From positions 1 to 27,056 of the forward strand of contig JAUXYJ010000103.1 of NCBI GenBank assembly GCA_030694465.1: 27,056 bases of DNA. Direction: 5' to 3'. Positions 25,132 through 27,056 of this stretch are shown one piece after another. The translations under genes and the position numbers were made by a program. Within the stretch, counting starts at the first letter, position 1; the number at the start of each line of letters is the position of its first letter. The stretch comes from Deltaproteobacteria bacterium (GTDB lineage Bacteria; Myxococcota_A; Polyangia; Polyangiales; Ga0077539). The notes below the pieces were generated by a model. It was not told the DNA's origin, searched no databases, and was given only the letters and a program-made list of their open reading frames with translations.

Positions 25132-26163
25132 ATGAACCACAACGCAATCGAGAGCCTCGCGCTCGCACCGATGGAGGGCGTGACCGACGAGGTCGTGCGC
25201 GCGATCTTCGCGGACTTGGGCGCCGTGGACTACGTCGTGACCGAGTTCATCCGCGTGACCAGTGAAGTGCTCACTCGCAAGCTCCTCTTTCGCGCGTGCC
25301 CAGAGCTCTTTGACAGCGCGACGCTCGGCCCAGTGCCTGTGCACGTCCAGCTCTTGGGCGGCAACGCCGAGCTCGTCGCAGAGAGCGCGCGCGTCGCGGT
25401 GTCGTGCGGCGCACATACGATCGACCTGAATTTTGGCTGCCCCGCCAACACGGTCAACCGCCACGATGGGGGCGCGACGTTGCTCAAAAATCCCGCGCGT
25501 GTCGAAGAAGTGCTCACTGCGGTGACTCGCGCCGTAGGCAAAGACATCGCCGTGAGCGCCAAGGTCAGGCTCGGCTGGGACCGCAGTGAGACCATTGTCG
25601 AGATCGCCAAGCACGCAGAACAGGGCGGCGCTCGGTGGCTCACGGTGCACGGACGCACGCGCACGCAAGGGTATGCTCCGCCTGCAAATTGGCAGGCCAT
25701 TGGCCAAGCGCGCGAAGCCGTGCGCATCCCAGTGATCGCCAACGGAGACTTGTTTGCGCCCGAGGACCTCGCGGTGTGCCAAGCCGAGAGCGGCTGTACG
25801 CGCTTTATGTTGGGCCGCGGAGCCATCGCGCGCCCGGAGCTCTTTAGGGTCATCCGTGGGCTCCAACCGAGCTTCGACTCAAGCGCAGATCGCCTGCAAA
25901 TTATCACGCGGTTTATCTCAGAGAGCATGGCCCGCGGCGAAGACCGTGAGCGTGTCACCCTCGCGCGCACCAAGCAGTGGCTGCGCGTCATGGGGGGCGC
26001 CGAGCCAGAGATCGCGCAGGTGTTTGAGATCATCAAGCGCACCGAGACGCTCAATGAGTGCAGCGACCGATTGTTGCAATCTCGCGAGACGCTCTCGCGC
26101 GGCGAGCCTCTAAGTAGCCTGCACACACCCCGAACACCGAGCCAGACCCACGAATCATGCTGA
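25132..26163 (+). CDS. dusC: tRNA-dihydrouridine synthase, DusC-like
   Basis: LAPMEGVTD, VTEFIRV, ACPEL, VQLLG, LNFGCPANTVNRHDGGATLLKNP, VSAKVRLGWD, VHGRTRTQGY, IPVIANGD and MLGRGAI are near-identical in pattern to E. coli DusC blocks. The start was chosen at ATG 25132 (MNHNAIESLALAPMEGV). Confidence 0.85.
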   Translation: MNHNAIESLALAPMEGVTDEVVRAIFADLGAVDYVVTEFIRVTSEVLTRKLLFRACPELFDSATLGPVPVHVQLLGGNAELVAESARVAVSCGAHTIDLNFGCPANTVNRHDGGATLLKNPARVEEVLTAVTRAVGKDIAVSAKVRLGWDRSETIVEIAKHAEQGGARWLTVHGRTRTQGYAPPANWQAIGQAREAVRIPVIANGDLFAPEDLAVCQAESGCTRFMLGRGAIARPELFRVIRGLQPSFDSSADRLQIITRFISESMARGEDRERVTLARTKQWLRVMGGAEPEIAQVFEIIKRTETLNECSDRLLQSRETLSRGEPLSSLHTPRTPSQTHESC

Positions 26164-26732
26164 CCTTTGAGCCCCTCCAGCCCGAGAACTTCGACCGCTA
26201 CGCGGCGCTTCAACGCGACGCCGGGTGTGGCGGTTGTCACTGTATGTTTTGGCATTTCGAGGGAGACAATCGCGCGTGGCAGCTGCGCGATGCGAATGAC
26301 AATTGCGAGGCAAAACGCACGCTTGTTGACGCACAGAAGACCCACGGGGTCCTCGCGCTCCGTGACGGGATCGCCGTAGGGTCACTGCAGCTTGAGCCTC
26401 GCGCGAGCCTCACGAAGCTCACGCAGCGAATGCCCTATCGCGACCTTGAGCCCCTCGACGCGGTCTGGTCCATCGGGTGTGTTTTGGTGCATCCCGACGC
26501 GCGCAAGACCGGCGTGGCGACGGCGTTGGTGCAAGCCGCGGTCGATCACAGCGCGCGATGGTTTGGTGCGCGGTGGCTCGAGGCGTACCCGCGGCTGGGC
26601 GATGAGCTGCGGGACGAAGAGCAGTGGATGGGACCGGACGTTGTGTATCAACGGCTGGGCTTTGAGCTCACCCGCGAGCACATGCAGTACCCTGTTTATC
26701 GCCGTGAATTACCACGGATTGTGACACTTTGA
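26157..26732 (+). CDS. GNAT-family N-acetyltransferase with an unusual Cys/His-rich N-terminal segment
   Basis: GNAT core WSIGCVLVHPDARKTGVATALVQAAVDHS...YQRLGFE. N-terminal CGGCHCMFWHFEG...NDNCE. The ATG overlaps the dusC stop (ATGCTGA). Confidence 0.7.
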   Translation: MLTFEPLQPENFDRYAALQRDAGCGGCHCMFWHFEGDNRAWQLRDANDNCEAKRTLVDAQKTHGVLALRDGIAVGSLQLEPRASLTKLTQRMPYRDLEPLDAVWSIGCVLVHPDARKTGVATALVQAAVDHSARWFGARWLEAYPRLGDELRDEEQWMGPDVVYQRLGFELTREHMQYPVYRRELPRIVTL

Positions 26733-26754
26733 CACGCAGACGAAAGAGCAAACG

Positions 26755-27056
26755 ATGACCCTGAACGAGATTGAAGTCACCAAGATCAATGGCGCTCCCC
26801 TGAAGCTCTCTGAGCTCGCTGGGAGCGTCGTGTTGTTTGTCAACGTCGCGAGCCGCTGCGGTTTTACTCCGCAATACGCGGGGCTTGAGGCGCTGCATCG
26901 CGAGCTGTCCCCCAAGGGCCTCGTGGTGGTCGGCGTGCCGGCCAACGAGTTTGGCGCTCAAGAGCCCGGGAGCAACGACGAGATCGAGAGCTTTTGCGGG
27001 ACCAAGTACAATGTGACCTTCACGATGTTGGCCAAGCAGGTCGTCAAGGGAGGCGA
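26755..27056 (+). CDS. gpx: Glutathione peroxidase (Gpx/BtuE family), 5' part only; the gene runs off the 3' edge
   Basis: VLFVNVASRCGFTPQYAGLEALHRELSPKGLVVVGVPANEFGAQEPGSNDEIESFCGTKYNVTFTMLAK matches the GPx signature (VASxCGxT, FPCNQFGxQEPG equivalents). No stop within the window. Confidence 0.8.
   Translation, partial: MTLNEIEVTKINGAPLKLSELAGSVVLFVNVASRCGFTPQYAGLEALHRELSPKGLVVVGVPANEFGAQEPGSNDEIESFCGTKYNVTFTMLAKQVVKGG

Noticed and set aside
1-27056. Looked for CRISPR arrays, IS/transposase, integrase, phage genes and tRNA/rRNA
   Set aside because: None found. The only direct-repeat arrays are the 9-mer microsatellite, the 36-bp intragenic duplication and the phased operator-like repeats, none with CRISPR-like repeat-spacer structure.

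Overview
This 27 kb window is very GC-rich (roughly 68%) and looks like chromosomal DNA from a myxobacterium-like delta-proteobacterium (Myxococcota). Four things point that way: a sigma-54 NtrC-type activator, a membrane-anchored Ser/Thr pseudokinase with a long Ser/Ala/Pro linker, a YVTN beta-propeller fused to a di-haem cytochrome c peroxidase domain in a lipoprotein, and a fused MFS / spermidine-synthase-like / TPR protein. I can support about 25 protein-coding genes (GC3 mostly above 80%). I found no rRNA, no convincing tRNA, no CRISPR array and no transposase or IS element. The ORF track clearly treats GTG and TTG as start codons, so several listed starts are alternative-start calls.

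Recognisable content, 5' to 3':
- a divergent intergenic region (214-538) carrying two phased repeat arrays;
- an unknown polytopic membrane protein;
- a lipoprotein plus a secreted protein, both on the minus strand;
- a sigma-54-dependent response regulator;
- the ~950 aa fused membrane / SpeE-like / TPR protein;
- an orphan OppD-OppF ATPase pair with a small outer-membrane beta-barrel protein;
- a standalone PPC-domain protein;
- an envelope-stress-like module made of a CpxP/Spy/ZraP-like periplasmic protein, a small membrane protein, an OmpR-type regulator and a histidine kinase;
- an unusual 650 bp low-GC non-coding stretch;
- a three-gene cluster of a DUF2325-like protein, a PG_binding_1 protein and a standalone B3/4 domain protein, with a 9-bp tandem repeat array and a long hairpin nearby;
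- a probable minus-strand operon encoding a protein with a C-terminal HIRAN domain, a cytochrome P450 and the pseudokinase;
- the YVTN-propeller / di-haem peroxidase lipoprotein;
- SanA/DUF218;
- tRNA-dihydrouridine synthase DusC, a GNAT acetyltransferase and the start of a glutathione peroxidase.

The two candidates for a novel system are the HIRAN / P450 / pseudokinase operon and the DUF2325 / PG-binding / B3-4 cluster beside the low-GC region. Both calls are inference from domain content and gene arrangement only.
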